DNA of 64,000 nt from Alphaproteobacteria bacterium (GCA_965243135.1 OZ251539.1:3296001-3360000); one strand, 5' to 3'; shown: positions 10,895 to 22,269, counted from the first letter of the stretch. Notes: a model not told the origin generated them from the sequence alone. Program-made: numbers and translations.

Positions 10895-12258
10895 GGACCG
10901 GAGAAGAGATCTTCCATCCCGCTCTTGGTCGAGGAACCGTCGCCGAAATCGGCGCCCGAGGCGGGCGACCCGCTGCCCTCGTCGATTTCGGCTACGCGAA
11001 GAGCTGGGTGACCGCAGCTGAACTGGGAAAAGACATTGCGCCCGAGGCGTCCGAGCCGCCTTCGAGCGCGCCGCGCAGCTTGCCCGGCGACGTGGTGGAA
11101 GCGCGCCGCGGGGTGTTGGCGCTCAGACTCGGCCAGATTCTCGAAAGCGACGTGCGCGAATTGAGCGCCGGAACCGAGGACATCGAGGCCGAGATGGAAG
11201 CCCTCGTCTCGCGCGCGAGCCAGGGGCGGCCGGGATTTCTTCTTGTCGAAGGCGCTTGGGGCAGCGGCAAAACTCATTTGCTGACCATGCTCAACGCCAT
11301 CGCGGCGTCGAAGGAAATGGCGTCATGCGGCGTGATTCTCGATGGCGCAGGCCTGCGGCTTTCGGATCCGATGAAACTAATGGCGGCGCTGCTCGCTTCG
11401 CTGAAATACCCGGGCGAACCCGCCCCGCGAGGACTTCGCGACCGACTCGCTCTGTACCGTCAAGCCGGTCGCCGACCGGAAGCCCGCCTGACGTTGGTCG
11501 AACAAGCGGTACGCGCCTTGCCGGAGGTTCCGAAATCGGCGCTTGACGACGCCGAAGCGCTGGAAGTCCTCGAGGATTATTTTTGCCTCGCCTCCTCGGC
11601 GACCGCGGCGAGGGACAAGCTGACGTTTCTCGGCTATGGGCGCGTGCCTCTTCCTTCGATGGCCGCAAGAATGGTCGACGACCGTCCCATGCAATTTTAC
11701 CAACTCCTCCGGAGCTGGGTGGAGTTCGTCGTGACGACCGGAACGAAGGGGCTGGTGCTGACGTTCGACGAACTGGACGTAGAATATGCGAGCACGAAGG
11801 GATGGTCCCAGGCGCGGCGGAAAGAAAAGGATCGCCGCGCCGCGTTGTTGTCGGCTCTGGCGCGGTCGGTGGGCCGCGCCGTCAATTCCAGGGCGCCCCG
11901 GCTTCCGTTGATCGTCGCCTTCGGCAGCGCCCCGGGAAGCGGGGAAGGCGCAAGCGAGGACGATCCGGTTCGCGATCTGCAAAAGCATCTCGGCCCTGCC
12001 GGCCTGAAGGTCGTTTCGGCGCCGCGTCCCGACCTGCCGCAGGTGCGCTCGCTCGGGCGACGACTTCTCGAACTTTATGCGCGCGCCTACCCCGGCTGGA
12101 CCGCACGGGTCGCGCGGGACGAAATAGAGAAGCGGCTCGACGCATTGGCGCGAGAGCATCTCGACGGTCTCTCGCCCGTCACCAGAAACTTCGTGCGCCG
12201 GGCGCTGGAACTGCTGGACGTCGCCCCGGATCTTTGCGGCCGGCGGGCCAAAGCCTGA
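10891..12258 (+). CDS. DUF2791/BrxD-like P-loop ATPase 3 with small N-terminal beta (Tudor-like) domain
   Basis: ATGA overlap; FHPALGRGTV..VDFG N-terminus, ALRLG, Walker A GAWGSGKTHLL, Walker B GLVLTFDELD. Confidence 0.75.
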   Translation: MRTGEEIFHPALGRGTVAEIGARGGRPAALVDFGYAKSWVTAAELGKDIAPEASEPPSSAPRSLPGDVVEARRGVLALRLGQILESDVRELSAGTEDIEAEMEALVSRASQGRPGFLLVEGAWGSGKTHLLTMLNAIAASKEMASCGVILDGAGLRLSDPMKLMAALLASLKYPGEPAPRGLRDRLALYRQAGRRPEARLTLVEQAVRALPEVPKSALDDAEALEVLEDYFCLASSATAARDKLTFLGYGRVPLPSMAARMVDDRPMQFYQLLRSWVEFVVTTGTKGLVLTFDELDVEYASTKGWSQARRKEKDRRAALLSALARSVGRAVNSRAPRLPLIVAFGSAPGSGEGASEDDPVRDLQKHLGPAGLKVVSAPRPDLPQVRSLGRRLLELYARAYPGWTARVARDEIEKRLDALAREHLDGLSPVTRNFVRRALELLDVAPDLCGRRAKA

Positions 12259-12276
12259 GGCGAGTCCGTCTTACCG

Positions 12277-14490
12277 ATGGTAGCCGATGCAGAAATCGTC
12301 CGCCGGCTGGGAGCGGCGGGAGTCGCCTTTTTCGGCGGGTTCCAGCGACTGCAGGAGATTCAGCGGGAGGCGGCGGCGGAGATACTTGACGGGCGCGACA
12401 CGCTTGTCGTGTCCGCGACGGCTTCCGGAAAAACCGAAGCGGTGGCCGCGCCGCTGGTTGCGCGTCTCCTCGCCCGCGGCGGCGCGCGCAGGAACGCCGT
12501 CCGATTGCTCGTCGTGACGCCGACGAGAGCGTTGGTCAACGATCTGGCGTTGCGCCTCGCCGGGCCGTTGGCGCAAATGGGTTTGACCTGCGGGCGCCAA
12601 ACGAGCGACCGCAGGGACAAAGGCAGGCGTCCCTTCGCGTTGATCACGACCCCGGAATCGTTCGATTCGATGCTGGTGCGCGACGGGGCGTTCGATGGCG
12701 GCAGGCTTGTCGATCACTTGTTGGCGAAAACGGACGCGCTCTTCGTAGACGAAGCGCATCTGTTCGACGGAACGCCGCGGGGCGACCAGCTATGCTGGTT
12801 GTTGGGCCGTCTGCGGCGCGTTCGGCAAGTCGGCAGAGGCGGCGAAGCGCCCGGGCTTCATCTCTGCGCTGCAAGCGCCACGGTGCGCGACGCCGACGCC
12901 TTGGCGAAACGATTGCTCGGTCCCGCTGCCGGCGCCGTAAGGATCGAGGGGGCGCGCAAGATCGAGGTTTTAGGCCCTGCCGACGAACCGCGCTGGATTC
13001 CGCTCGGAGCGAACGACACCGTCCCGGACTTGCGGAAGCGCATCGAGGCGGTCCCGTCCGCGGAACTGAACGAGGGGGTCTCCTCCCGGCTCTGGAAGGC
13101 CATGGCGGAAGCGGACCCGCCGATGGCCCGCAAGATTCTCGTCTTCGTTCCGACCCGTCGGCTATGCGACACCCTGTCCGCGCATCTGCGGGAAACGCTG
13201 ACGCGCCGCCGCGAGGTTCAGGTGTTGGCGCATCACGGAAGCCTGCAACGGGATTCCCGCGAAAAGGCCGAACGGTTGTTCATGTCGTCTCGCGATGCGG
13301 TGCTGGTGGCGACGACAACGCTGGAGGTCGGCATCGATATTGGGGACGTCGACGTCGTCGCGCTCGTTGGCGCGCCGCCGAAGACGAGCGCATTGCTTCA
13401 ACGTATCGGGCGTGGGGGCCGGCGGGACGGACGAACTCGTGTGCTCGCGCTTCCGCGCGACGATACGGAGCGCGCCGCGTTCGCGTCGATGCTGTTGTCC
13501 GCGAGGGATGGAACCGTGGAACCCGAAAGCGCCGGCCGACGCTGGTCGGTGGTCGTTCAGCAAGCCGCTAGTTTCGTCGCGCAGGCAGGTCGGCGCGGTC
13601 GGCGGCGCAGCGACTTGCTGGAACTGGCGGACGACGTCTGGCCGGGAGGGCGGAACGCCGTCCGAGAGATATGCGGCGAACTGCTCGAAACGGGCCATCT
13701 CGAAGAAAATCGCGAGCGAATTTTTCTCGGAGAGCCGTGGGCGGACGCTTTCGAGGCAGGCGAGCGCGGCATGCACGGGAATCTCGGCTCGCCGACCGGC
13801 GGCGTCCCGGTCGTCGATTCCAGTACCGGCGAAACGATCGCCCACGTATCGCAGGCGCCCGAGACGGAAAAGGGCATCGCTTTGGGCGGTCAAATGTGGA
13901 ACGCACGTTTCGCCAATGGCGAGGTTTGGTTGACGGCGCGCGCAGGGGGGCGACGACAAGGGGAATTTCGCTACGCTGCGAGGCGCGGCCCGCTCGGCGC
14001 GGAATATGCGGCCCATGTTCGCCGCGGGCTCGGTTTCGATGAACGGGACGCGCCGGTCGCGCTGATCGAAGAAAATCCGGTATGGTTGCATTTCGGCGGC
14101 GGCGCTTACGAAGCCGTGCTTGCCTCCCTCTTGCCGTCGGTTCGAAAACTCGCAGGAATGAGCGGCCTGGCGATGGCGGGGCATCCAGGCGCAGAGGATC
14201 CAAAGCGGGCAGCAGGCGAAAAAAACGCATTGAGCGATCTGGTGGAAGAGCTGTACGAGGATCTTGAATTCTTTTTGGAGACCGGCCCTTTTCAACGATT
14301 TCTTCCGAAACCATGCCGCAAGCGCGTGACCGTGGATCTGTTCGATGCGCCGCGCTTCCGGCGTTGGCTGGCAAGCCGACGGGTTTGGGAACTCGGCGCA
14401 AGCGACCGCCGGTTGGGGGCCGTTCTAGCCGCGTTCGGAGGCGGCAAAAGCGGGAAAAATAGCCGGAAAAATATGCATTCCATTTCTTAG
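12277..14490 (+). CDS. Lhr-like DEAH-box SF2 helicase (BrxHI/SngC-like)
   Basis: SATASGKT, PTRALVND, TTPES, DEAH, SAT, HHGSL, ATTTLEVGIDIG, QRIGRGGR. Confidence 0.9.
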   Translation: MVADAEIVRRLGAAGVAFFGGFQRLQEIQREAAAEILDGRDTLVVSATASGKTEAVAAPLVARLLARGGARRNAVRLLVVTPTRALVNDLALRLAGPLAQMGLTCGRQTSDRRDKGRRPFALITTPESFDSMLVRDGAFDGGRLVDHLLAKTDALFVDEAHLFDGTPRGDQLCWLLGRLRRVRQVGRGGEAPGLHLCAASATVRDADALAKRLLGPAAGAVRIEGARKIEVLGPADEPRWIPLGANDTVPDLRKRIEAVPSAELNEGVSSRLWKAMAEADPPMARKILVFVPTRRLCDTLSAHLRETLTRRREVQVLAHHGSLQRDSREKAERLFMSSRDAVLVATTTLEVGIDIGDVDVVALVGAPPKTSALLQRIGRGGRRDGRTRVLALPRDDTERAAFASMLLSARDGTVEPESAGRRWSVVVQQAASFVAQAGRRGRRRSDLLELADDVWPGGRNAVREICGELLETGHLEENRERIFLGEPWADAFEAGERGMHGNLGSPTGGVPVVDSSTGETIAHVSQAPETEKGIALGGQMWNARFANGEVWLTARAGGRRQGEFRYAARRGPLGAEYAAHVRRGLGFDERDAPVALIEENPVWLHFGGGAYEAVLASLLPSVRKLAGMSGLAMAGHPGAEDPKRAAGEKNALSDLVEELYEDLEFFLETGPFQRFLPKPCRKRVTVDLFDAPRFRRWLASRRVWELGASDRRLGAVLAAFGGGKSGKNSRKNMHSIS

Positions 14491-14830
14491 TTCGTTTGCG
14501 GATCTTGAGCGTCTCCCGACAACTTTTCGGGTCTTCTTTTGCATATTCCCCCCACGCGAAGCGTATCGCTCAAATCGTCCGTCAATCCGCGAAAGAGCGG
14601 ATAAAATCAAATTCTCCTCGAGAATCGCGCAGCCTATCGTTCGGGTCGAATTTCACCAGAAAACGCAATGGAGGAAAATACAGCAATTCCCGCTAAGGCT
14701 CTAAACCTTGGAAAATATGGGGTTTCAGAAAAATTTTTCGTAGACTTTTCTGGGTAGTTCGGTGCGATTGGGTGCAGATCTATTTTTGCCAAACTCCTTG
14801 TTTTTATTTACGGAATCGGGATTTCCGCCG

Positions 14831-16145
14831 TCAGGCCGCGATGACGTTGAACGCCTGATTGTCGTTCGCAGCCCCGGTCATTGTCCGCCATGCCGACTCG
14901 AAGCGACCTGACCAACGCTCTGAGGGTGAGGACGTTCTGACCGCCTTCGACGCTCCAGCGCGCCCGTTTCATACGCTGGTTGACCAGCACCTTGTTGGCG
15001 GCCTCCACGACGCCCGACCCATAGCCGCTGGCTTTGAGGCTCGCGTAGCGCATGCGACGCCTGTGCTTGCGGAAAAACTTGAGCTCGCGTCCGAGAACCT
15101 TGAGCGCCGTTTCCGTCGTCGCTTTGTCGCGGAGGTCGCCCGGATGACCTTGTCGACGCCGTCGGCGTCGTCGCGCAGGACGGCGCGGTACTTTTCGTAC
15201 CAGTTGCTTGCGACGGTCGGAGACCTCGTTGAGATGTTCGCACGCATGGAAAAAATCAACCGCCCGCTCGTCGGGCCGGAGCTTGTCGAGAAACGTCCAG
15301 TTGTCGGGCGCGGCGTCGGCAACGGCGACCACCTTCAGGTCGGGTCGTACCTTGGTGGGCGACCTCTTCGGCGAGTTGCGCCTTCAGCGTCGCCTTGCCG
15401 GCCTCCGGCCCGAAACTGAGCGTTTTCAAGCGATTGCCTTCCGCGTCCTGGAAACTGACCGTCCCGCAGGACGCCTCGCGCCAGCACGCTTCCTCGTCTC
15501 CGTCCGGGCGAAGCGAAACCCCGTCAAGCGAAACGGCGCAGGAAACCGCCTCGCACCGTTTCCGCCTCGCGGATGCTTTCCATGGCTTCCTGCTCCTTTT
15601 CCTTCCAGAGGCTGCCCGTCGTCTCCAACAGACGCGTGGCTCGACGACGGGTTCATGCCCCCCAACTCTCCGAAGAGTTTGGCCGTTTCCTGCGGCGTGC
15701 AGTGCTCCAGAAGCAGGAGAGAAGCGGCCGGGTTCGTGAGATAGCCGTCAATCAGGCCCAAGTCGTTGTCGACCGGCGAGAACGACTCCTTTTCCGAGCG
15801 CGTCCGAAAATACCGGACCGGACCGAACAGCGTGTGGACGGTCTTCTGCGTCCGCGCAGCCCGATAGAAGACCTTGTCGTCCTTGCGAATCGGGCCTCCC
15901 CTCTCGTCCCGGTCCTCGTTGCAAATCACCGTCCGGCACAGCACAGCGACCTGCTTACCCAAGCTCGAAATCGGCGAACGCCTCGGGACCCTCCCCCTCC
16001 GACCTTTCCTTGAGGAAGGCCGCGAATTCCCCGAACGCCTTGGCGGTCGCGGCCCCTTTCTCGACGATGGACGCGAAAGCGCCCCGGCGGCCACCGGGGA
16101 GAGCTCGGAAAGGGACAAACCGTTCGAAGATTGCGAAACTGACAT
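14831..16145 (-). pseudogene. ISKra4/ISLre2-like DDE transposase, multiply frameshifted
   Basis: Fragments in different frames: TVHTLFGPVRYFR, DFFHACEHL, GSGVVEAANKVLVNQRMK, WSVEGGQNVLTLRAL. Confidence 0.8.
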
Positions 16146-16324
16146 GGGAATGCTCCTGATGTTGTGGTTTCGAGCCAACATTCTGCCGCGCGGCAGGAGC
16201 ATTCCTTTTTTTCGTCCTCCGACCCCCTGATCGTGTCAAAATCCGCGCCCGGAACGGCGTTTTGTCACGAAATCGCCGATTTCGTCCTTGAAGCGTCGCA
16301 GCTCGTACTCGAATAATTGTTGAA

Positions 16325-16337
16325 AATCAACAGGTTG
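16325..16337 (+). promoter_or_regulatory. Possible IHF-binding site
   Basis: AATCAACAGGTTG matches WATCAANNNNTTR, in an AT-rich stretch beside the IS remnant. Confidence 0.3.
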
Positions 16338-16953
16338 TGGATTTTTCCTTTTGGCAATATCAGACCTGCACCCGTGCGATTTGCCTTCGAATGAGGGATT
16401 TTCTTATGTCGCGGCGGCTTGTCCATTGGTAATTTCGCCTTCTCGGTGCACCTTCCGGACATGCGGCCGCCTTAGCGGGAATTGCTGAGGAAAATATAGA
16501 TCGTCGAGCTCGAACTTACTCGTTTCTATCGGGTCTTCTTGAATTTCCACGATATCCACCACCTCGACGAGGGATTTTTTCTCCGGTACGGATGCCGATG
16601 GCTTGGCCGTCAGCGATTGCGCGGCGCGACCGGCTCGAATTCTTGGTTATACGCTGCATGGACAACGCGGCCGTTCGACGGTTTGAGATCCATGCGACCT
16701 CCAAGAAAGTTCAGACGGACCTCCTCGCCCGTCATGAAAAAATTCGGATCGTCGTTCCCGCCGTCTCGCCTATCCGGGAAACCTGAAAGCGTCGATGCCT
16801 TCCACAGCCATCAATCTTCGACAGCCGCAATTTTTCGACAGCGATGCATCATTTCCTGGTTCGCTGCCGACAAGTTCCCCGCCCTCGACCGTCTGACGTT
16901 GGTTCTCGAAGCGCCGCCGCACGGACTGCCCTGAGAGCGGGTTCCCTGGCTTT

Positions 16954-18490
16954 TCAGACGGTTTCGAATTCGAACCCGACGATGTTGCGCTCCTCCCGGC
17001 CGAACTCAATGCCGATCAGGTGGACCGGCACGCCCGGACGCCGGTACTTGTCCGCGTAACCGCGCTCCCGAATCTGCGCCAGCGCGCGCCTTTCCGGCTT
17101 TCCGTCCGCGACCTTGAACTCGAACAGGTAGACGCCGCCATCGTACAGGACCGTAAGGTCCGAGCGGCCGCGCGCCGTGCTCTCTTCCGCGCGGACGTCC
17201 ATCCCCGCCGCCACGAAGTGCGAGTAGAACACGCTCGCATAGTGCGCTTCGTAGCCCGCCATGCCCGTGTTCGCGTACCACTCGTTCGGGATGCTCGCCA
17301 GGAACGCCCGGAACAGCCGCTCGAGGCCCGCGAAGTCGTTCGCGCGCATCAGGCGGCGCAACTCCCGGCTCTCCGCCGCGACCGCGACGTCCGGCGCCAT
17401 CGCCTCCAGAAGGAGCGCGTTCAAGCTGCGCTTCACCTCATGGTTCGGGTAGTCCAGTCGGTAAAGAAGCGCGTCCTCGTCCGGCTCTTCGCCGACGATG
17501 GTCAGGTAGCCGGTCTGGAACAGCAGCGCCTCGACGGGGATGCGGTCGACGTCGATGGCCGACAGCAGGTCGTCGTCCGCGATCATGCCCTCCAGGGCCG
17601 GCGCCGCGAACCGGCGCCGCGACAGAAGGTCGGCGAGGAAGGTCGGCGTGCCGGTCCGGAACCAGTGCGCCTCGAACTGGCGACGCCGGAAAAGCAGCAG
17701 GACATCGTACGGGTTGTATAGTTTCTCCGCGCCCCGCCAGTTGTAGCCGTTGTACCATCGGCGGACCTTGTCCCGGTCCAGGCCCTCGAGTTCCGGGACG
17801 AAGACCGCGTCCAGCTCCGCGTCCGTGTAGCCGCAGATGGACGAGAACTCCGGCTCCAGCGTGACGTCGATCAGGTTGTTCAGGCCCGAGAACAGGCCCG
17901 CATGCGAGAACTTGCTCACGCCGGTAAGGAAGGCGAACCGGATATGCGCGTCGCAGTCCTTGACGACGCTGTAGAAACCGCGCAGGAAGTCGCGGTTGGC
18001 CAGCGCCAGTTCCCGGTCGCCGAGCGCGTCCAGGATCGGCTTGTCGTATTCGTCGACCAGAACGACCACGCGCCGCCCGGCGCGCTCGTGCAGTTCGGAG
18101 ATGGTGAAGGCGGTCGGAGGCGTCCGGGTAGCCGCACTGGACGTCGGCGCGCTTTTCGGCGGCGTCGAGCTGCATCATCGCGTTCCTGTGCAGCCGGTCG
18201 GGGTCGCCGAGATTGCCGGAACCGAAACTGATCCGCACGACCGGATGGCGCGCCGACCAGTCCCACCCGTCGTGCACGGCGAGGCCCCGGAACAGTTCCT
18301 CGCTTCCCTCGAACAACTCCTTCAGCGTGTCCACGAACAGGCTCTTGCCGAAACGCCGCGGGCGCGACAGGAAATAGTGCTTGCCTTTCGCGGCCAACCG
18401 TTCAGCGTAGGCTGTCTTGTCGACATAGTAATGGCCTTCTTCGCGGATCTCGCGGAAGGTCTGGATGCCGATGGGCAGCTGGCGTTTCAT
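16954..18490 (-). pseudogene. AAA-ATPase-like + PD-(D/E)XK nuclease protein, copy 1 (frameshift ~18097)
   Basis: MKRQLPIGIQTF, RPRRFGKS, then a frame change before VVLVDEYDKP; C-terminal GRSDL..YLFEFK..ALAQI..GYADKY. Confidence 0.85.
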
Positions 18491-18601
18491 CGCGCCGCAA
18501 GTTAGTCCGCGGCGCGGCCGTTGTCGAACCGGGGCGCGCTCCGCCGCCAACGCTGCATCGGCGCGCTTGAAGGCGCGGTCGACTTCGCGCTATGCACGGC
18601 C

Positions 18602-20185
18602 ATGACAGAAACGCTTGCGGACGCCATCGCCGAAGCCTTCGCCGAACGCGGCGTCAAGCGCATGTTCGGCGTTCCCGGCGGCGGGTCGAGCCTCGATCTC
18701 ATCGACGCGGCCTCCCGTCGGCGAATCGAGTTCGTACTGTGCCGGACGGAGACGGCCGCGGCCCTGATGGCCGCGGTAACGGGCGAGTTGACAGGCGTTC
18801 CGGGCGTCGCGCTTACCGGCATCGGGCCGGGCGCGGCGAGCGCGACGAACGGCATCGCGTACGCCGCGCTGGAACGCGCGCCCGTCATCCACCTTGCGGA
18901 CGCGCCTGCGGAGGGGGCGACCGCGCCGCCGCATCAGATTTTCGACCAGCGGGCGTTGTTCGCTCCCATCACCAAAACCCAGGCTCGTCTCGACCCTGAA
19001 ACCGGCGCAACGACGATCCGTTCGCTTCTGGACCTCGCGTCCGCCGCCCCGGCGGGGCCGGTCCATGTTGACCTCTCGTCCCGCGACGCGGCGCGGAACG
19101 CGGCGGCTCCCGAACGTCCGCCGGCCGAGTCGAAACCGGCGCTGGATGCGAACGCGGTCGAACGAACCTTGTCGATGATCGCCGACCGCCGCCGCGCCGT
19201 GCTGATCGTCGGGCTGCAGGCGCGCAGCTGCGCCGCCGCGACCGTCCGGCTCGCCGAGGCTCTCGGCGCGCCCGTCATGCTCACCTACAAGGCGAAAGGA
19301 GTCGTCGCCGACGGCCATCCGTTGACGACCGGGCTCTTCACCGGCGCCAAACGCGACTCGGAAGTTCTGTCCGAAGCGGATCTCATCCTGTTCTGCGGCG
19401 TCGACCCCGTCGAAATGATCCCGGGCGAATGGACCTACGACGCTCCGGCCGTCGTCCTGTCGACGAGCGCCGAACTCGCCTGGCCGTTCGCGCCCGAAAC
19501 CCAAATCGTAGGCCCGCTCAAGCGATCCGTCGCGGCCCTGGCGGCTTCCGTCGACAGCGCAGCCTGGACAACAACGGAAATCGCCGCCCTTCGCCGCGCC
19601 TTGCGCTGCCCGCTGACCGGCGTCGGCCATACAGCCGAAAGCGCGATCGAGACGGTGGCGGCCGCGGCGCCCCAACGCCCGCGCCTTGCGGTCGACGCAG
19701 GCGCTCACATGTTTTCAATCATGGCGCGGTGGCCCGCCCGCCGCCCGCACGACGTGCTCAAATCGAACGGACTGTCCACCATGGGGTTCGCCGTGCCGGC
19801 CGCGCTTGCGGGATGGCTCGAGGAGCCCGATCGCCGGGCGATCGCGGTCACGGGAGACGGAGGCATGGCGATGTGCCTTGGCGAACTCTCGACCGCGGCG
19901 AGGCTCGGCGCCGGGCTGACCGTGATCGTGCTGAACGATGCAGCGCTTTCGCTTATCGACGTCAAGCAGCAGCGCCGCCAACATCCGCCGCTCGGCGTGC
20001 GTTATCCGAGGGTCGACTTCGCCGCCGCGGCCCGCGGCCTGGGATGCGCCGCGTGGACCGTAGGACGGCGCGAACCGCTCGAACCCGCCCTCGCCGAAGC
20101 TCTCGCGCATGACGGTCCGGGTCTGATCGATATCGACGTCGACCCGTCCGGATATCGGGATCAGCTCGCCGCGCTGCGCGGCTGA
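18602..20185 (+). CDS. Thiamine pyrophosphate-binding enzyme (acetolactate synthase-like)
   Basis: FGVPGGG, E..AA.MA, GPG, TMGFAVPAA, GDGG..(N)D TPP motif. Confidence 0.88.
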   Translation: MTETLADAIAEAFAERGVKRMFGVPGGGSSLDLIDAASRRRIEFVLCRTETAAALMAAVTGELTGVPGVALTGIGPGAASATNGIAYAALERAPVIHLADAPAEGATAPPHQIFDQRALFAPITKTQARLDPETGATTIRSLLDLASAAPAGPVHVDLSSRDAARNAAAPERPPAESKPALDANAVERTLSMIADRRRAVLIVGLQARSCAAATVRLAEALGAPVMLTYKAKGVVADGHPLTTGLFTGAKRDSEVLSEADLILFCGVDPVEMIPGEWTYDAPAVVLSTSAELAWPFAPETQIVGPLKRSVAALAASVDSAAWTTTEIAALRRALRCPLTGVGHTAESAIETVAAAAPQRPRLAVDAGAHMFSIMARWPARRPHDVLKSNGLSTMGFAVPAALAGWLEEPDRRAIAVTGDGGMAMCLGELSTAARLGAGLTVIVLNDAALSLIDVKQQRRQHPPLGVRYPRVDFAAAARGLGCAAWTVGRREPLEPALAEALAHDGPGLIDIDVDPSGYRDQLAALRG

Positions 20186-20269
20186 CGCCCGGCGAACAAA
20201 GGCGCCCGGGACCGTCCGGGCATCGTTCAGGTCCCGAACCCGCGGGCCGTTCGGGAACGCCGGAGGCGC

Positions 20270-21925
20270 TCAGCTCGCAGCCTTCGCGTAGGAATCGCGA
20301 AGACCGACGGTGCGGTTGAATACCGGGAACCCGGGAGTCGCGTCGGGATCGAGGCGGAAATACCCCATCCTTTCGAACTGAACCGTTTCGTCCGCCGCGA
20401 CCTTTCCGAGCGCCGGCTCCAGCTTGCAGCCCGTCAGGATCTCCAGAGAAGCGGGATTCGGCTCCTCGTCCGCGCCGGGATCTCTGGCGGCGAACAACGG
20501 CTCGTACAGCCGCACTTCCGCCTCCAGCGCCCGCGCCTTGGACACCCAGTGCAACGTTCCCTTCACCTTGCGCCCGTCGGAAGCGTTGCCGCCGCGCGTG
20601 GCGGGGTCGTACTTGCAGCGCAACCCGCTGACCCGCCCGTCGGCGTCCCGAACCACCCCTGTGCAAGTCACGAGATAGGCGCCTCGCAACCTGACCTCCC
20701 GATCCGGCGCGAGCCGAAAGAACTTCTTCGGCGGTTCTTCCATGAAATCGTCGCGTTCGATGTACAGTTCGCGCGAAAAGGCCACCTTGCGCGCGCCGGC
20801 CGACTCGTCGCGCGGATTGTTGGCGATTTCCAGTTCCTCCGTCCGGCCCTCGGGATAGTTTTCGATCACGACTTCCAGCGGCCGCAGCACCGCCATGCGC
20901 CGCAGCGCCGTCTCGTTCAGGCGGCTGCGTATGCAGTGCTCGAGCATGGCCGCTTCGACTGTTCCCTCGTTCCGGGAAATCGCCAGAAGACCGATGAAAT
21001 TCCTGATCGCGGCGGGCGGCACGCCGCGGCGGCGCAAGCCCGACAGGGTCGGCATGCGCGGATCGTCCCAGCCCGCCACGCGGCCGTCGGCGACGAGCCG
21101 GCCCAGCCGGCGCTTGGACAGCACCGTGTGGGTTATGTCCAGACCCGCGAACTCGTACTGGCGCGGCCGCGAGGGAACGGGCAGGCGTTCGATCAGCCAG
21201 TCGTAGAGCGGGCGATGGTCCTCGAATTCGAGCGTGCACAGGGAATGCGTCACGCCTTCGATCGCGTCGCTCTGCCCGTGCGCGAAATCGTAGGTCGGAT
21301 AGATGCGCCAGGTTTCGCCGGTGCGCGGGTGCGGCGCGCGGAGAATGCGGTAGAGCACCGGATCGCGCAGATTGACGTTGCCGGACGCCATGTCGATCTT
21401 CGCCCGCAATACGCGCGCGCCGTCGGCGAATTCGCCGGCCCGCATGCGGCGGAACAGGTCGAGGTTTTCCTCCGCGCTCCGGTCGCGGTACGGACTGTTC
21501 CGTCCGGGCTCCGTGAGAGTGCCCCGATGCGCGCGGATTTCCTCCGCCGAGAGATCGTCGACATAGGCGTCGCCTTCCCGGATCAGGTGCTCCGCCCAAT
21601 CGTAAAGCTGCGCGAAGTAATCCGACGCGTAACGGACCTCGCCCGACCATTCGAAACCCAGCCAGCGCACGTCCTCCCGGATGGCGTCGACGTACCTGCG
21701 GTCTTCCTTGATCGGATTGGTGTCGTCGAAGCGCAGGTTGCAGCGTCCGCCGAACTCCGCCGCGACGCCGAAGTTGAGGCAGATCGACTTGGCGTGGCCG
21801 ATATGCAGATACCCGTTCGGCTCGGGCGGAAAGCGCGTGACGATTTCGCCGTGCAGTCCCGCCGCCAGATCTTCCCGTATCCTGTCCCTGACGAAGTCGC
21901 GGACCGCGCCGGTCGTCTCGGTCAT
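20270..21925 (-). CDS. glnS: Glutamine--tRNA ligase
   Basis: [53 protein letters not shown]. Confidence 0.95.
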   Translation of the reverse strand: MTETTGAVRDFVRDRIREDLAAGLHGEIVTRFPPEPNGYLHIGHAKSICLNFGVAAEFGGRCNLRFDDTNPIKEDRRYVDAIREDVRWLGFEWSGEVRYASDYFAQLYDWAEHLIREGDAYVDDLSAEEIRAHRGTLTEPGRNSPYRDRSAEENLDLFRRMRAGEFADGARVLRAKIDMASGNVNLRDPVLYRILRAPHPRTGETWRIYPTYDFAHGQSDAIEGVTHSLCTLEFEDHRPLYDWLIERLPVPSRPRQYEFAGLDITHTVLSKRRLGRLVADGRVAGWDDPRMPTLSGLRRRGVPPAAIRNFIGLLAISRNEGTVEAAMLEHCIRSRLNETALRRMAVLRPLEVVIENYPEGRTEELEIANNPRDESAGARKVAFSRELYIERDDFMEEPPKKFFRLAPDREVRLRGAYLVTCTGVVRDADGRVSGLRCKYDPATRGGNASDGRKVKGTLHWVSKARALEAEVRLYEPLFAARDPGADEEPNPASLEILTGCKLEPALGKVAADETVQFERMGYFRLDPDATPGFPVFNRTVGLRDSYAKAAS

Positions 21926-22269
21926 GTCGTGCTTCCTGCCGCTGCCGCGCGAGCGTATAGCATGACCCGGGCCGCCCGCTAACTCTCCGGCCGCCGCCCC
22001 CTGCGGCAGGCGCAGGCGGGCTCGCGTTCGGGACCGGAAGCGCCGTCGGCGTCTTCCGGACGGCCCGGCGCGGACGGCGTGGCGCGAGCCTTCCCGGCGG
22101 CCTTCCGGTCGACCGCGGCAGCGGCCGCGAAAATCGATACCCCGTTGCGCCGGACCCCGGATTCCGGCGCGCGCGGCTTCTTTATTTTTCGACGTCCGCT
22201 CGCTAGTTTGGGGCCCTTCCGGGATCTCGTCGTCACAAAAACGTCATCATCGACTGCCAGCATCGGGAT

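Noticed and set aside
7609-14490. Complete BREX or canonical Shango system
   Set aside because: No pglX, pglZ, brxA/B or TerB-domain gene is recognisable, and there are three ATPases rather than one.
16500-16940. Short lower-GC ORFs between the IS relic and AAA copy 1
   Set aside because: Fragmented with no recognisable motif. Probably decayed sequence, but I cannot support a call.
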